DNA of 64,000 bases from the NCBI GenBank assembly GCA_965224705.1, contig OZ245056.1, forward strand, positions 1,088,001 through 1,152,000, written 5' to 3'. Positions 1-9,500 of this stretch are shown here, one piece after another. Source of the DNA: Spirochaetaceae bacterium. Lineage in GTDB: Bacteria; Spirochaetota; Spirochaetia; DSM-2461. A program made the translations under genes and the position numbers. The notes below the pieces were generated by a model. That model had not been told where the DNA came from. It saw only the letters and a program-made list of their open reading frames with translations, and made no database searches. Positions within the stretch are counted from its first letter, which is position 1. Each line of letters begins with the position of its first letter.

Positions 1-225
1 CAAGGTATGGTACTCACATGAATCCAGATGTCTCCAGCGACGAATTCGAAAATCATAGCGTTTCGCTTTGATCCCGCAAACCGGACATTGAAGACCCTCT
101 TTGCTGTTGATGCCGACTTCGACGATTACTTCTTCTGTTTCGTCTTTGCGCGTGATTGTCAGTACTTTCCAGGGGCCGTCTATCTTCAATAAATATTTGT
201 AAAAATCTTCTACTGTTTCTTCCAT
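1..225 (-). CDS. ISL3-family transposase, N-terminal part (partial)
   Basis: Manual translation MEETVEDFYKYLLKIDGPWKV...LQCPVCGIKAKRYDFRIRRWRHLDSCEYHTL shows the zf-ISL3 CPxCG and RxWRHLD motifs. Confidence 0.88.
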   Translation of the reverse strand, partial: MEETVEDFYKYLLKIDGPWKVLTITRKDETEEVIVEVGINSKEGLQCPVCGIKAKRYDFRIRRWRHLDSCEYHTL

Positions 226-274
226 GGTGACAGCTTTATACTTTTATGGATTCCACACAACAGTCTGAAGAGCC
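1..274 (-). mobile_element. ISL3-family insertion sequence, left end (continues beyond the window start)
   Basis: Minus-strand terminus GGCTCTTCAGACTGTTGTGTGGAA at 274-251 (ISL3 ends begin GGCTC), next to an A-rich target and 49 bp upstream of a transposase start. Confidence 0.85.
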
Positions 275-436
275 AAAAAAAATAGAGAAACCAACACCTT
301 CAGGCGTTTCACTGAGTCCTGTCACAAAAGGATATATTGTAATTATTCCTTCCAAGAAAATATAGAATAATAACACTGTTGTTGCGATAGCCGAAATCGT
401 TGAGATTACTATTGATAGTACTATTTTTCTATTCAT
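275..436 (-). pseudogene. Small low-GC membrane protein gene interrupted by ISL3
   Basis: Hydrophobic ORF MNRKIVLSIVIS...GVGFSIFF runs into the IS terminus; the GSSDCC tail is IS-encoded. Confidence 0.6.
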
Positions 437-459
437 ATTATTCTATTCAAAAAAAATGT

Positions 460-500
460 CATATAACAAATCTTATCTCCACGAATTGCATACACTTATC
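460..500 (-). other. Putative attI-like / cassette crossover site (GTTATATG core at 467-460)
   Basis: Lies between the recombinase remnant and the small gene (ATG 24 bp downstream). It is the exact reverse complement of CATATAAC found just after the CHASE2 gene stop. Confidence 0.35.
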
Positions 501-504
501 CCCC

Positions 505-760
505 GCCCTGCCCAAAGGACTGCTGGTATGTTCCAGAAGTTCATGGATATAGTGAAGATCAACACTCTCTTCAGGAAGATGAGTGGCAAAGGCGTGCCGC
601 AGGGAATGGATGGAGACATCCTTATATTATCTTACATCTTTCGTAGGCTTTGTCAAACACTGCCTGGACAGAGCGGACAGAAAGGTGGGAGTCCGGTGTA
701 CGGCCTGGAGTCAGCCAAAATTTCCTCCTGCTGTCCCATATTCTCCCGGAGGAACGATGC
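505..760 (-). pseudogene. Tyrosine recombinase (XerC/D-like) C-terminal remnant
   Basis: Manual translation FWLTPGRTPDSHLSVRSVQAVFDKAYERCKI/(frameshift)KDVSIHSLRHAFATHLPEESVDLHYIHELLEHTSSPL. HxLRH box present, LLGH degraded, catalytic-Tyr segment deleted. Confidence 0.8.
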
Positions 761-1495
761 CGCTTAACGAGAGTGGAACTATTCCGATCTCGGCTTTTTT
801 GCCTAGCGTAATCGGTTCACCATCAATGTGCCCGATTAACTTACTCTCGCTTTCAACAACGATGCTTTTTGCTTTTGTCATCACATCATAACGCCGCTGA
901 TCTACACTTCGGTCGAGAATGTTGATTAACAGTGAAAAAACATCGTAAAGAGGAAACTCTTTAATGATGCAGACATCAATTAATCCATCATCGATTTCTG
1001 CCTTTGGCGCAATATGTATGCTATTACCCCATTGCGAAGAATTGGCCAGCGTTATCATAAATGCCGACAACTCGTATGCTTTGCCATCAATCGAAATGCG
1101 GTAAACAGAAAATGTGTATTTCGCATATTCCTTGCTTATCAGTTTAACATATCCCGCCGGGCCACGGTTTTTGAGCTTTGCAAGCAATGACTGATATGCC
1201 CGTCAAAACCAATACCTGCCACATTCAACGACACCTGCCCATTAACCCGAAGCGTATCAATAACTTTCATCTCCATGTGGTTAATAACCTGCAGGGCGCG
1301 ATTGGACCTAAGCGAAATACCTGGATACCTTGCCAGACCGTTGCCGGAACCTGTTGGAACAATTGTCAATGCTGTCGTGGTATTGACCAGCGACGAACCC
1401 ACTTCGTTGACAGTTCCATCCCCCCCAACGGCAGCCGCCACATCGAATTTACCCACGGCCTCCCTGGCCAATTCACGTGCATGGCCGGGAAAGTT
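711..1495 (-). pseudogene. Diacylglycerol/lipid kinase (YegS/BmrU family), 5'-truncated and frameshifted
   Basis: GGDGTVNE, PTGSGNGLAR, AGIGFDG, N...WG and IDGE motifs are split over ORFs 1139-1471 and 711-1187 by a 1-nt frameshift near 1185. The N-terminal NPxSG region is missing. Confidence 0.88.
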
Positions 1496-1602
1496 TATTG
1501 ACAGATGGACTCAGGCAGGCAATGCGAAGTCGGCTTACACTGCGGTACTATTTATGTTATATGGAATTATTCTAAAAGTAATGCATTTATTGAATCTGCT
1601 AA

Positions 1603-3286
1603 CCCCTATTTCTCACCAAAATAAAACGGCATAAAAATCCTGGAGGATTTCTGTTCTCTCCGCTAATATATCAAACAAAAAGTTTTCAGTTGATTGATCC
1701 TTGTTATTTCCGTCCAATTTAAGTCGATTTCTTCTGATTTTTTTGCATTTTTTCAACCCTCGGTGCACAGCTTTCCCAGGGAATCCAGATGAGAACTATC
1801 AACTGTTTTTATTACCGCTCAGATGGCCCGGGATGTTCGTATCCAGATGTCCCACCAGGGAAAACTCTCAGGAAGACTGATCCAGACTCGGCGAACCGTA
1901 ATCTTTACAGCGGCCGAAACTTTAAGCATCCTTAATCGGATTGTAGAGGACATGCTTCGAGTTTCATCACCGCTGACCTGCAGAATTGTTCTTCGAAGAT
2001 GGACAAAGAAAATATAGGCGATTGTCGAGAAATACAATCGAAGCTGATTCGAACTCATCCACCAGGTGGAGGTGCGGTCGGCAAACAGATAAAGCTGCTG
2101 TTCTTTGATGCGATTCTCCATATCGCCGCGTGCACAGTAGACATCTTCATACAGCGATTGGGCATCCCCTTCTTCAGCAGAAATGTCCGTCACAATAAAG
2201 CGGGGATTTTTCTTGCCCGGCAGATGTTCCACCCTGGCAATGACATCCCGATTGCGACTCCAGCTGCTTTCGGTCTTCCAGGAAAAACGGGTAAAAACAC
2301 GTTCGGCTTCTTTGCTTTTACCGAAGAGCTTTTCAGCCTCAACCATCTGCGGATCAATCTTCTTCAGCAGCCGTGTATTTCCTGCCATACCGGTGATATA
2401 TCTGATTTTCAATATCTCACACTGCTTCAGGATACTCTCACGGCAGAAGCCCGAGTCTCCACGGAAAATGATACGGACATCAGGAAATCTGGCCCTGATC
2501 GCGCCAACCAGCTTGACCAGAATCTCTTCGGTACCCTCACAGGCATCCAGGCTGGACGGCCGCAGCCGGGCGATCAGGGGAAAATCATCACAGAACACAT
2601 AGAGCGGAAGGTAGCAGTAGTGATCGTAATATCCGTGAAAAAACCGCTGCTGCTGCTCGCCGTGGATGGGAATATCGGTGGCATCAAAATCCAGAATCAG
2701 GGTTTCCGGCGGCTCCTCGAAACTCTCAAGAAACAGTTGACAGAGAAGCTCTTCAATCCCCCTGGCATTCCAGGTGATTTTGCTGTACCGGTCCCTGGTT
2801 TTTTCATCCAGCTCATGGCCGAGTTCCAATCTGTTCAGGGTGCTTTTTCCGGCAACTGGCGTTTTATCATCCCGCCCGCATATATATTGAAGCAGCGGAT
2901 CATCGCGCAATCGTTCATGATCATTGAGATCTTCATAGCCCTGACAGATTCCGAAGATTCTCTGTTTCAGAAGAGTAGTCAGGCTATGTGTAATTTTTTC
3001 CTGATCTCTTTTATCGGCGAAAAAATCTGACAGCTTTTCAATAATTCTGTGCTTCTGCTCAACCTGCTGGAGGAGAAGAAATCCGGCATCGGAACTGTTG
3101 ACCTTGCCGTCATTCTTTACAATGATTTTGCGGGATTTTCCGATTTCCATCCCTTGCAATTCGAGCTGATGGGCTTTACACTCTGTATTAGCAAAGCGGG
3201 CTTCTTTTTGTTTGTTATTTTTTTTCATATAAATATTTTAGCATGGGAAGCCTGCTTTGTCTCAAGGTCTTGGTGAGAAATAGGGG
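1603..3286 (-). mobile_element. Complete IS1380-family element (1684 bp)
   Basis: Perfect 17-bp terminal IR CCCCTATTTCTCACCAA (1603-1619 / 3270-3286) and 4-bp target duplication CTAA (1599-1602 / 3287-3290). Confidence 0.95.
1819..3228 (-). CDS. IS1380-family DDE transposase
   Basis: SSDAG, GYEDLNDH..LR.DP, LDFDATD..HG.Q, RGDSGF, YCARGDMENRIKEQQ motifs. Confidence 0.95.
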   Translation of the reverse strand: MKKNNKQKEARFANTECKAHQLELQGMEIGKSRKIIVKNDGKVNSSDAGFLLLQQVEQKHRIIEKLSDFFADKRDQEKITHSLTTLLKQRIFGICQGYEDLNDHERLRDDPLLQYICGRDDKTPVAGKSTLNRLELGHELDEKTRDRYSKITWNARGIEELLCQLFLESFEEPPETLILDFDATDIPIHGEQQQRFFHGYYDHYCYLPLYVFCDDFPLIARLRPSSLDACEGTEEILVKLVGAIRARFPDVRIIFRGDSGFCRESILKQCEILKIRYITGMAGNTRLLKKIDPQMVEAEKLFGKSKEAERVFTRFSWKTESSWSRNRDVIARVEHLPGKKNPRFIVTDISAEEGDAQSLYEDVYCARGDMENRIKEQQLYLFADRTSTWWMSSNQLRLYFSTIAYIFFVHLRRTILQVSGDETRSMSSTIRLRMLKVSAAVKITVRRVWISLPESFPWWDIWIRTSRAI

Positions 3287-4245
3287 CTAATAGTTCCGCA
3301 CTATTTAGTTTTTTATCATATGTAGTACTTATATTTCTTGTTTTTTCATTTTCTACGTAGACAATCACAATACAGTTATCCAGGTTTATATTTGTAGAAT
3401 TATTCATTACATCAATAAAGGACAGTGATTTATAGGTTTTTCTAGGCTCTGTTATTTGCAAGTCAATAAAGTCATCATTATATTCAATATCAAAATTCAG
3501 GAATTTTGCGATGGCTATTGAAAGGTGGGGTAGAGCTTTATTGTCTTTCATTGGTAATAATGCGGGTATCCCCCTGAGTATATCTCTATTGAAATCAGTA
3601 TTAACATGCCCAACTCCCTGTAGGCTTTTACCTATTTCATTATTTGGAGATACTAATATTTGCTCTATGTCCTTTGTCTTGATATTTGAATCAACATAAA
3701 ATTGACTTAGATAATTTTTCGGTACTATGTTTATTGGTTTTAAATCAGTTGTAGCTTGACTGAAAACATTGTCAAATTCACTTATCTTTTCTGCAAGGAG
3801 TTCATCATTTTCTTTTTCTTCATCAAAAAAGAATTTCAGAATAATCGCTGCAGTATCAAACTCTTTCAATGAGTTCAGTAAGTGGATATAGTATTCTCGA
3901 TCAATTGGAAAATGACCAAGTTGCTTTTCAGTTTCTTCATCAACATATATCAGGATGATTTCATGATGATTGTTAATTCGATTTCCTACATAGTATTCTT
4001 GTTTGTCTGAACATGAACTGAGTATTATCGTAATTGTAATTAGTAAATTTATTTTGTATCTCATTTTTCCCTCAAAATGGGGTGAAGTACTCACCTCGAA
4101 CAAATTATCCACGCACTCCAGCTACAGTTCCACCACTTCTGTTATCTTTTTTTATTGAAAAGATTTTTACCTTTGTGTTTTCCATGCGATACATAATTCC
4201 CTGCTTAGAGACATTTAAGTCTTTTGGGAATAAAATCCTGGCTTT

Positions 4246-5511
4246 TTATTCGGAAAACCCTGAAATACTACCACCGATATCCCTGCGGAATACCTTGTTT
4301 GGAAAATGTATCTTTGCGACATCCCTGTAACATTTTTTTCGAGCATCCTGCAGAGTAGGGCCGCATGCCGTAACGTTTAGCACACGGCCTCCTGATGTAA
4401 GCAGTTCCGATCCATTCAATACGGCCCCTGCAATACATACATCACTTTCACATTCTGCGATATTCTCAATGGGCAAACCCTTTTCGTAGGCATCAGGATA
4501 AGCTCCCGATGCCATCACAACACAGCAGCTGCTTCCTTCTCTCCATCGAATTTCTGTTGACTCCAATTTTGCCGACAAGGTATTTTCTATGAGTTCCAGT
4601 AAATCGGAATCTAAAAGAGCCAATACGGCCTGTGTTTCAGGATCTCCCATCCTCAAATTGTACTCCAGAAGAAACACTCCCCGGCGATTTATCATCAGCC
4701 CAAAAAATATAACGCCGCAAAATTGAAGTCCTTCAGCTTCAAGCCCCTCCAATGTGGGAAGGAGAATATCCTTATGGAAATCTTTCATAACAGCGTCATC
4801 GACATGCGGATTAGGAACCACCGCTCCCATGCCGCCGGTATTAGGTCCCCTCTCCCCTTCTCCAATTTTTTTGTGATCTTTTGCGCTGAGAAGAGGAAGG
4901 ATGGTCTTGCCGTCATAAAAAGAAAGGATGGACGCCTCCACCCCTTCCAGAAACTCTTCAATGACGATGCTGTCGCCGGCCGATCCGAATCGCCGTTCTT
5001 TCATAATTTGATTTAGAGCTATCGTTGCCTCTGCTTTGTCCTGGCAGATAAGCACCCCCTTTCCCATGGCCAGGCCATCCGCCTTCAAAACAATTGGATA
5101 ATGACAGTGCTCCAGGTACTGTGCAGCTGCTTCAATGGAATGGAAATTTCTATATTCGGCTGACTTTATACCGTATTGACGCATAAAGTCCTTGGCCAGG
5201 CATTTACTGCCTTCCAAAAGAGCCGCTTTTCTATGTGGACCAAGGATGGGAATTTCATTTCTACGAAATTCATCGACAATGCCCGCAACAAGCATGTCCT
5301 CAGAACCAGGAACAACGAGGTCAACTTCATTTTTAAGGGCAAAGTCGACAAGCGCCTGGATAGCCAGAACAGGGATGTTTTCACACCTGTCTTCCAGAGC
5401 CGTACCACCGTTCCCGGGAGCGCAATAGATTCTATGCACTTTCTCATTCTGGAGAAGCTTCTTAATCAGGGCATGTTCCCGTCCGCCGCTACCTGTTATA
5501 AGTATTCTCAT
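4246..5511 (-). CDS. purD: Phosphoribosylamine-glycine ligase
   Basis: GSGGREHA, APGNGG, KADGLA.GKGV, GPNTGGMG, GDPETQ, TSGGRVL. Start moved to ATG 5511 after AGGAGG. Confidence 0.97.
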   Translation of the reverse strand: MRILITGSGGREHALIKKLLQNEKVHRIYCAPGNGGTALEDRCENIPVLAIQALVDFALKNEVDLVVPGSEDMLVAGIVDEFRRNEIPILGPHRKAALLEGSKCLAKDFMRQYGIKSAEYRNFHSIEAAAQYLEHCHYPIVLKADGLAMGKGVLICQDKAEATIALNQIMKERRFGSAGDSIVIEEFLEGVEASILSFYDGKTILPLLSAKDHKKIGEGERGPNTGGMGAVVPNPHVDDAVMKDFHKDILLPTLEGLEAEGLQFCGVIFFGLMINRRGVFLLEYNLRMGDPETQAVLALLDSDLLELIENTLSAKLESTEIRWREGSSCCVVMASGAYPDAYEKGLPIENIAECESDVCIAGAVLNGSELLTSGGRVLNVTACGPTLQDARKKCYRDVAKIHFPNKVFRRDIGGSISGFSE

Positions 5512-5516
5512 TTTGA

Positions 5517-6089
5517 TCACCTCCTATTGATAATCGCGGCAACAGCATCCACCAATAGACGATGCTCTTCTGCCAGAATTCTTTTCCCCAGTGTCTCCGG
5601 GCTGTCGTTATCAAGTACCGCAACTTTTCGCTGCATAATGATTTTTCCCGTATCCACACCCGCATCCACATAATGAACAGAACACCCGCTCATTGTCCGG
5701 CCTGATTTGATAACAGATTCATGAACTTTTTTCCCATACATTCCTTTTCCGCCAAAATCCGGAAGCAGGGATGGATGAATATTGATAATCTTTCCCAGCC
5801 ACCTTTTGACAAACACGGAATTGAGTATGGAAAGAAATCCGGCAAGAACAATCAGATCCGTGTCTTCGGGAATCTTTTCAAGAATTTTACCGGACAGCTT
5901 CTTCCCCCATATTTTCCTGTCAATGATTTGGGTTGCAATACCAGATGCGGCCGCCCGTTCCAATGCAGACACAGACCTGTCGGCAATAACTGTTGTGATG
6001 CAAGCGTTGAGTTTCCCAGTGCTCACAGCATTTATCAAAGCTTGAAGATTGGATCCCGTACCCGATACCAAAACAACTATCTTAAACAT
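5517..6089 (-). CDS. purN: Phosphoribosylglycinamide formyltransferase
   Basis: SGTGSNLQA, NIHPSLLP, GCSVHYVD.GVDTG. Confidence 0.97.
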   Translation of the reverse strand: MFKIVVLVSGTGSNLQALINAVSTGKLNACITTVIADRSVSALERAAASGIATQIIDRKIWGKKLSGKILEKIPEDTDLIVLAGFLSILNSVFVKRWLGKIINIHPSLLPDFGGKGMYGKKVHESVIKSGRTMSGCSVHYVDAGVDTGKIIMQRKVAVLDNDSPETLGKRILAEEHRLLVDAVAAIINRR

Positions 6090-7081
6090 ATTTTTTTACT
6101 ATTTCGGGTGATTTTTCCCAGCGGGCTTACGGTTTCACCAAGCGATTCAATCTGACTGATGATGGCATCCCTGTAATCAGGCCGAACAATCACAATGAAT
6201 CCAATTCCCATATTAAAGGTGTTCCACATTTCCTCTTCAGAAACACCTTTCGCCTGAAGCCATTTAAAAATGGGGAGTATCGAGATGGAATTTTTATGCA
6301 CTTCCCCGCAAAGACCATCGGGAATGGTTCGGAGAAGATTCTCCGGGAGTCCCCCGCCTGTAATATGGGCCAGACCGGTGATTAAGCCAGGAAACATATC
6401 GAGTGTTTTTAACACACTGTTCACATAGACCCGTGTTGGCTTCAGCAGCTCTTTGCAGACGGGAACACCCTGGAAATCTTCATCGAAATCCCTTAGCAGT
6501 GAACGAACAAGGCTAAAGCCATTGCTGTGAACACCGCTGGAAGAAAGTCCCAGAATAACATCTCCTTCACGGACATCGTTCCCGCTGACAAGTTTATCCC
6601 GTTCCACGACACCAACACAGAACCCGGCCATATCATAGTCGCCATCCTTGTAAAAACCAGGCATTTCGGCTGTTTCGCCGCCAACCAGGGCACAGTCGGC
6701 TTCCTTACAGGCTTCTACCATTCCGGAGATAATTTCACTGGAAACATCCGAATTCAGTTTCCCACAGGCAAGGTAGTCAAGAAAGAATAATGGCCTGGCA
6801 CCCTGGCATATAATGTCGTTTGCACACATCGCAAAGCAATCCTGTCCAATCGTATTGTAGGATTTTTTAGCAAGAGCAATGGACAGTTTTGTCCCGACAC
6901 CATCAGTTCCTGACACCAAAACAGGATCCCTATACTTCTTCAAAGCATAGAGAGAGGCAAAGCCGCCCAATCCGCTTAAAACTCTGTCATTATGCGTTTC
7001 TGCCGCTCTGGATTTAATTTTCTCAACGGTTTTGTACCCTTCCGCTTTGTCAACACCGGAATTTTTGTATGTGTGCATCAT
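6077..7081 (-). CDS. purM: AIR synthase
   Basis: TDGVGTK, GGETAEMPG, SSGVHSNGFSL, AHITGGG, FNMGIG. Confidence 0.97.
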   Translation of the reverse strand: MMHTYKNSGVDKAEGYKTVEKIKSRAAETHNDRVLSGLGGFASLYALKKYRDPVLVSGTDGVGTKLSIALAKKSYNTIGQDCFAMCANDIICQGARPLFFLDYLACGKLNSDVSSEIISGMVEACKEADCALVGGETAEMPGFYKDGDYDMAGFCVGVVERDKLVSGNDVREGDVILGLSSSGVHSNGFSLVRSLLRDFDEDFQGVPVCKELLKPTRVYVNSVLKTLDMFPGLITGLAHITGGGLPENLLRTIPDGLCGEVHKNSISILPIFKWLQAKGVSEEEMWNTFNMGIGFIVIVRPDYRDAIISQIESLGETVSPLGKITRNSKKICLR

Positions 7082-7087
7082 TTCAAC

Positions 7088-8482
7088 TCAGTTATTGGGC
7101 GTCAGAGGATAGTTTCCCGTAAGACACCCATTACAGAAATGCATCTTTTCTGAATTTAACGCCCTTGTCAAACCATCAAGACTTATATACCCCAGGCTAT
7201 CGGCTCCGATTTCCCTGCAAATCTCGTCCACATCCCTGCCAACCGCAATCAATTGTTCTGTATTGGGTGTATCAATTCCAAAAGAGCAGGGATACTTGAT
7301 GGGAGGAGAGACTATTCCCAGATGAATTTCAGAGGCCCCAGCCTTTCTCATAAGCGCAACAAGGTGACGGCTGGTTGTTCCTCGAACAATGGAATCATCT
7401 ATGAGGATGACCCGTTTATCTTTTACCAGCGATTTAACAACATTCAGTTTGACCAAGACGGTTTTTTCCCTGAATTCCTGTGAGGGATAAATAAAGCTTC
7501 TGCCGATGTATCGATTTTTGATGAATGCCATTTCAAAGGGAATTCCCGAGGCTTCTGAATAACCGATAGCTGCTGATATGCCAGAGTCCGGTACGGCAAC
7601 AACAATATCCGCATCAATAGGATTTTCCTTGAAGTACTCAGCTCCGCATCGTTTTCTGGCTTCCATAACACTGATATCGTCAATCTGACTGTCGGGCCGG
7701 GCAAAGTATATGTATTCAAAAATACAGGTTGAAAGTCTGGAAGATGTGTCATATCCCAGGGATTGCACTCCGTCCTCATCAATCACAACAATTTCTCCTG
7801 GTTCCAGATCCCGGACAAAATCGGCACCCAGGGTATTCAATGCACAGGATTCAGATGAAAGTATCCATGCGTCATCCATTTTCCCAAGGCAGAGAGGACG
7901 GATACCATGCGGATCTCTGATTCCAATCATCTTGTTATTTAGAAATAAGATGATGGCATAAGAACCTTTTACGGCCCTGCTAACATCTCTCAATGCCTTT
8001 TCAACCCCATGAAGGATTCCTCTGGCAATCATATTCAAAATGACCTCTGTGTCGCTGGTGGTTTGAAATACAACGCCGCCATCCTCCAGCAGAGAACGAA
8101 TGATTTCAGAATTGACCAGATTCCCATTGTGGGCCACTGCGAAGGATCCAAGTTTGCAGTGTCCTTCCAGAGGCTGCGCATTGGCAAGATTACTGCTTCC
8201 GGCGGTGGAGTATCGCGTATGACCGATAGCGGCATTTCCCCCATTCAATTCCTTGATTACAGCATCCTTAAAAACTTCGGCAACAAGACCCATTCCCTTG
8301 CGAGTTGTCAGTTTTCCCTGCCGACTCACCGTAATTCCGGCACTTTCCTGCCCTCGGTGCTGCAAGCCAAGAAGCCCGAGAAAGGTTATTTCGGCAACTG
8401 GACATTCGCTAAGAGAATAAATACCAAAAACACCGCATTCCTCATGCAGCCTGTCATCAGAAGGCAGGTCTCTAAACGACAT
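7088..8482 (-). CDS. purF: Amidophosphoribosyltransferase
   Basis: Propeptide followed by CGVFG; LQHRGQE, GHTRYST, HNGNL, VPDSG, DDSIVRGTT; C-terminal CxxC. Confidence 0.97.
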   Translation of the reverse strand: MSFRDLPSDDRLHEECGVFGIYSLSECPVAEITFLGLLGLQHRGQESAGITVSRQGKLTTRKGMGLVAEVFKDAVIKELNGGNAAIGHTRYSTAGSSNLANAQPLEGHCKLGSFAVAHNGNLVNSEIIRSLLEDGGVVFQTTSDTEVILNMIARGILHGVEKALRDVSRAVKGSYAIILFLNNKMIGIRDPHGIRPLCLGKMDDAWILSSESCALNTLGADFVRDLEPGEIVVIDEDGVQSLGYDTSSRLSTCIFEYIYFARPDSQIDDISVMEARKRCGAEYFKENPIDADIVVAVPDSGISAAIGYSEASGIPFEMAFIKNRYIGRSFIYPSQEFREKTVLVKLNVVKSLVKDKRVILIDDSIVRGTTSRHLVALMRKAGASEIHLGIVSPPIKYPCSFGIDTPNTEQLIAVGRDVDEICREIGADSLGYISLDGLTRALNSEKMHFCNGCLTGNYPLTPNN

Positions 8483-8497
8483 TATAGCATCATCCCT

Positions 8498-8785
8498 GGA
8501 GTCTGTCGGACTTTAAGACTTCGAGGCGATTTTTGATGATTTTTTCCTGATGCAAGGCGACAAAAACTTAAGCGTAGCTGGGCTACGTGAGTATTTTGGC
8601 AACGCAGCAGTAGGGTATGCGAGTTTATGGACTCGCATACCGAAGAGAGTGCCGAGCGATAGCGAGGAAAAGCCGCCACGGATGGCGGCGAAAACGAACG
8701 AAGGCGGCTCTCCAGAAGCAAGCAGGAGGCTTGCTTCTGGAGAGAAGGGCAAAAATCGAGCGTGAGACGTAAGTCCGACAGGCTC
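8498..8785 (+). mobile_element. MITE copy A (longest form, ~288 bp) between purC and purF
   Basis: Terminal IR (G)GAGTCTGTCGGACTT...AAGTCCGACAGGCTC, several internal hairpins, related copies elsewhere in the window. Confidence 0.85.
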
Positions 8786-9500
8786 ATTGTTCTACTCGGG
8801 ACAATATCTCTCTATAGGCTCCCTGAACATCACCCAGATCCCTCCTAAACCTGTCTTTATCCAGTTTTTGATTTGTTTCCTTGTCCCAGAAACGACAGGT
8901 ATCAGGGCTGATTTCATCCGCCAGCAGGAGAGTTCCATCATCGGTCTTTCCAAATTCCAGCTTGAAGTCAACAAGGAGAATCCCCTGACGATTGAAAAAA
9001 TCAGTCATAATACGGTTTATATCCGAGGTAATGGCATAGATCTGTTTAAGCTCTTCGTATGTGCTGATACCCATGGCCACTGCATGGTGGTCGTTGATTA
9101 AAGGATCTCCAAAGTCATCATTCTTATAGCAGATTTCAAAGACGGTATTGGGGATTCTGGTTCCTTCCTCTATGCCCAGTCTTTTGGCCATGCTGCCTGC
9201 AATCACATTGCGGACAATCACTTCAAGAGGAATAATGGAGAGGGCCCTGCATAACTGGTTTCGATCATCCAGTTTTTCCACAAAATGAGTCCGGATACCC
9301 TGTTCTTCCAGCATCCGAAACAAAACCGAAGTAATGGCATTGTTAAAAACACCCTTGGATTCTATCTGTCCTTTCTTTGCCCCATTGAAGGCTGTAGCAT
9401 CGTCCTTATAGCAGACAATGACGTAGGCCGGGTTATTCGTTGCATAAACCTTTTTTGCCTTGCCCTCATACATCATCTTTTGCCTTGTAACACCTTTCAT
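8784..9500 (-). CDS. purC: SAICAR synthase
   Basis: [50 protein letters not shown]. Confidence 0.97.
   Translation of the reverse strand: MKGVTRQKMMYEGKAKKVYATNNPAYVIVCYKDDATAFNGAKKGQIESKGVFNNAITSVLFRMLEEQGIRTHFVEKLDDRNQLCRALSIIPLEVIVRNVIAGSMAKRLGIEEGTRIPNTVFEICYKNDDFGDPLINDHHAVAMGISTYEELKQIYAITSDINRIMTDFFNRQGILLVDFKLEFGKTDDGTLLLADEISPDTCRFWDKETNQKLDKDRFRRDLGDVQGAYREILSRVEQ

Larger units (their letters stand above)
1567..4064 (-). pseudogene. CHASE2-domain lipoprotein interrupted near its 3' end by IS1380
   Basis: Lipobox LSSC and CHASE2-like IIYVDEETEKQLGHFPIDR..LLNSL..IILKFFFDE. Removing the IS restores ...SAELLADSINALLLE* (stop at 1567-1569). Low GC. Confidence 0.75.

Noticed and set aside
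456..891. Plus-strand ORFs 456-767 and 583-891
   Set aside because: Antisense shadows of the recombinase and lipid kinase remnants.
1999..3030. 343-aa plus-strand ORF inside IS1380
   Set aside because: Antisense shadow of the transposase with no recognisable motifs.
8482..8787. Small ORFs between purC and purF, and similar ones at 20632-20907 and 26722-27279
   Set aside because: Translations of the MITE sequence, not genes.
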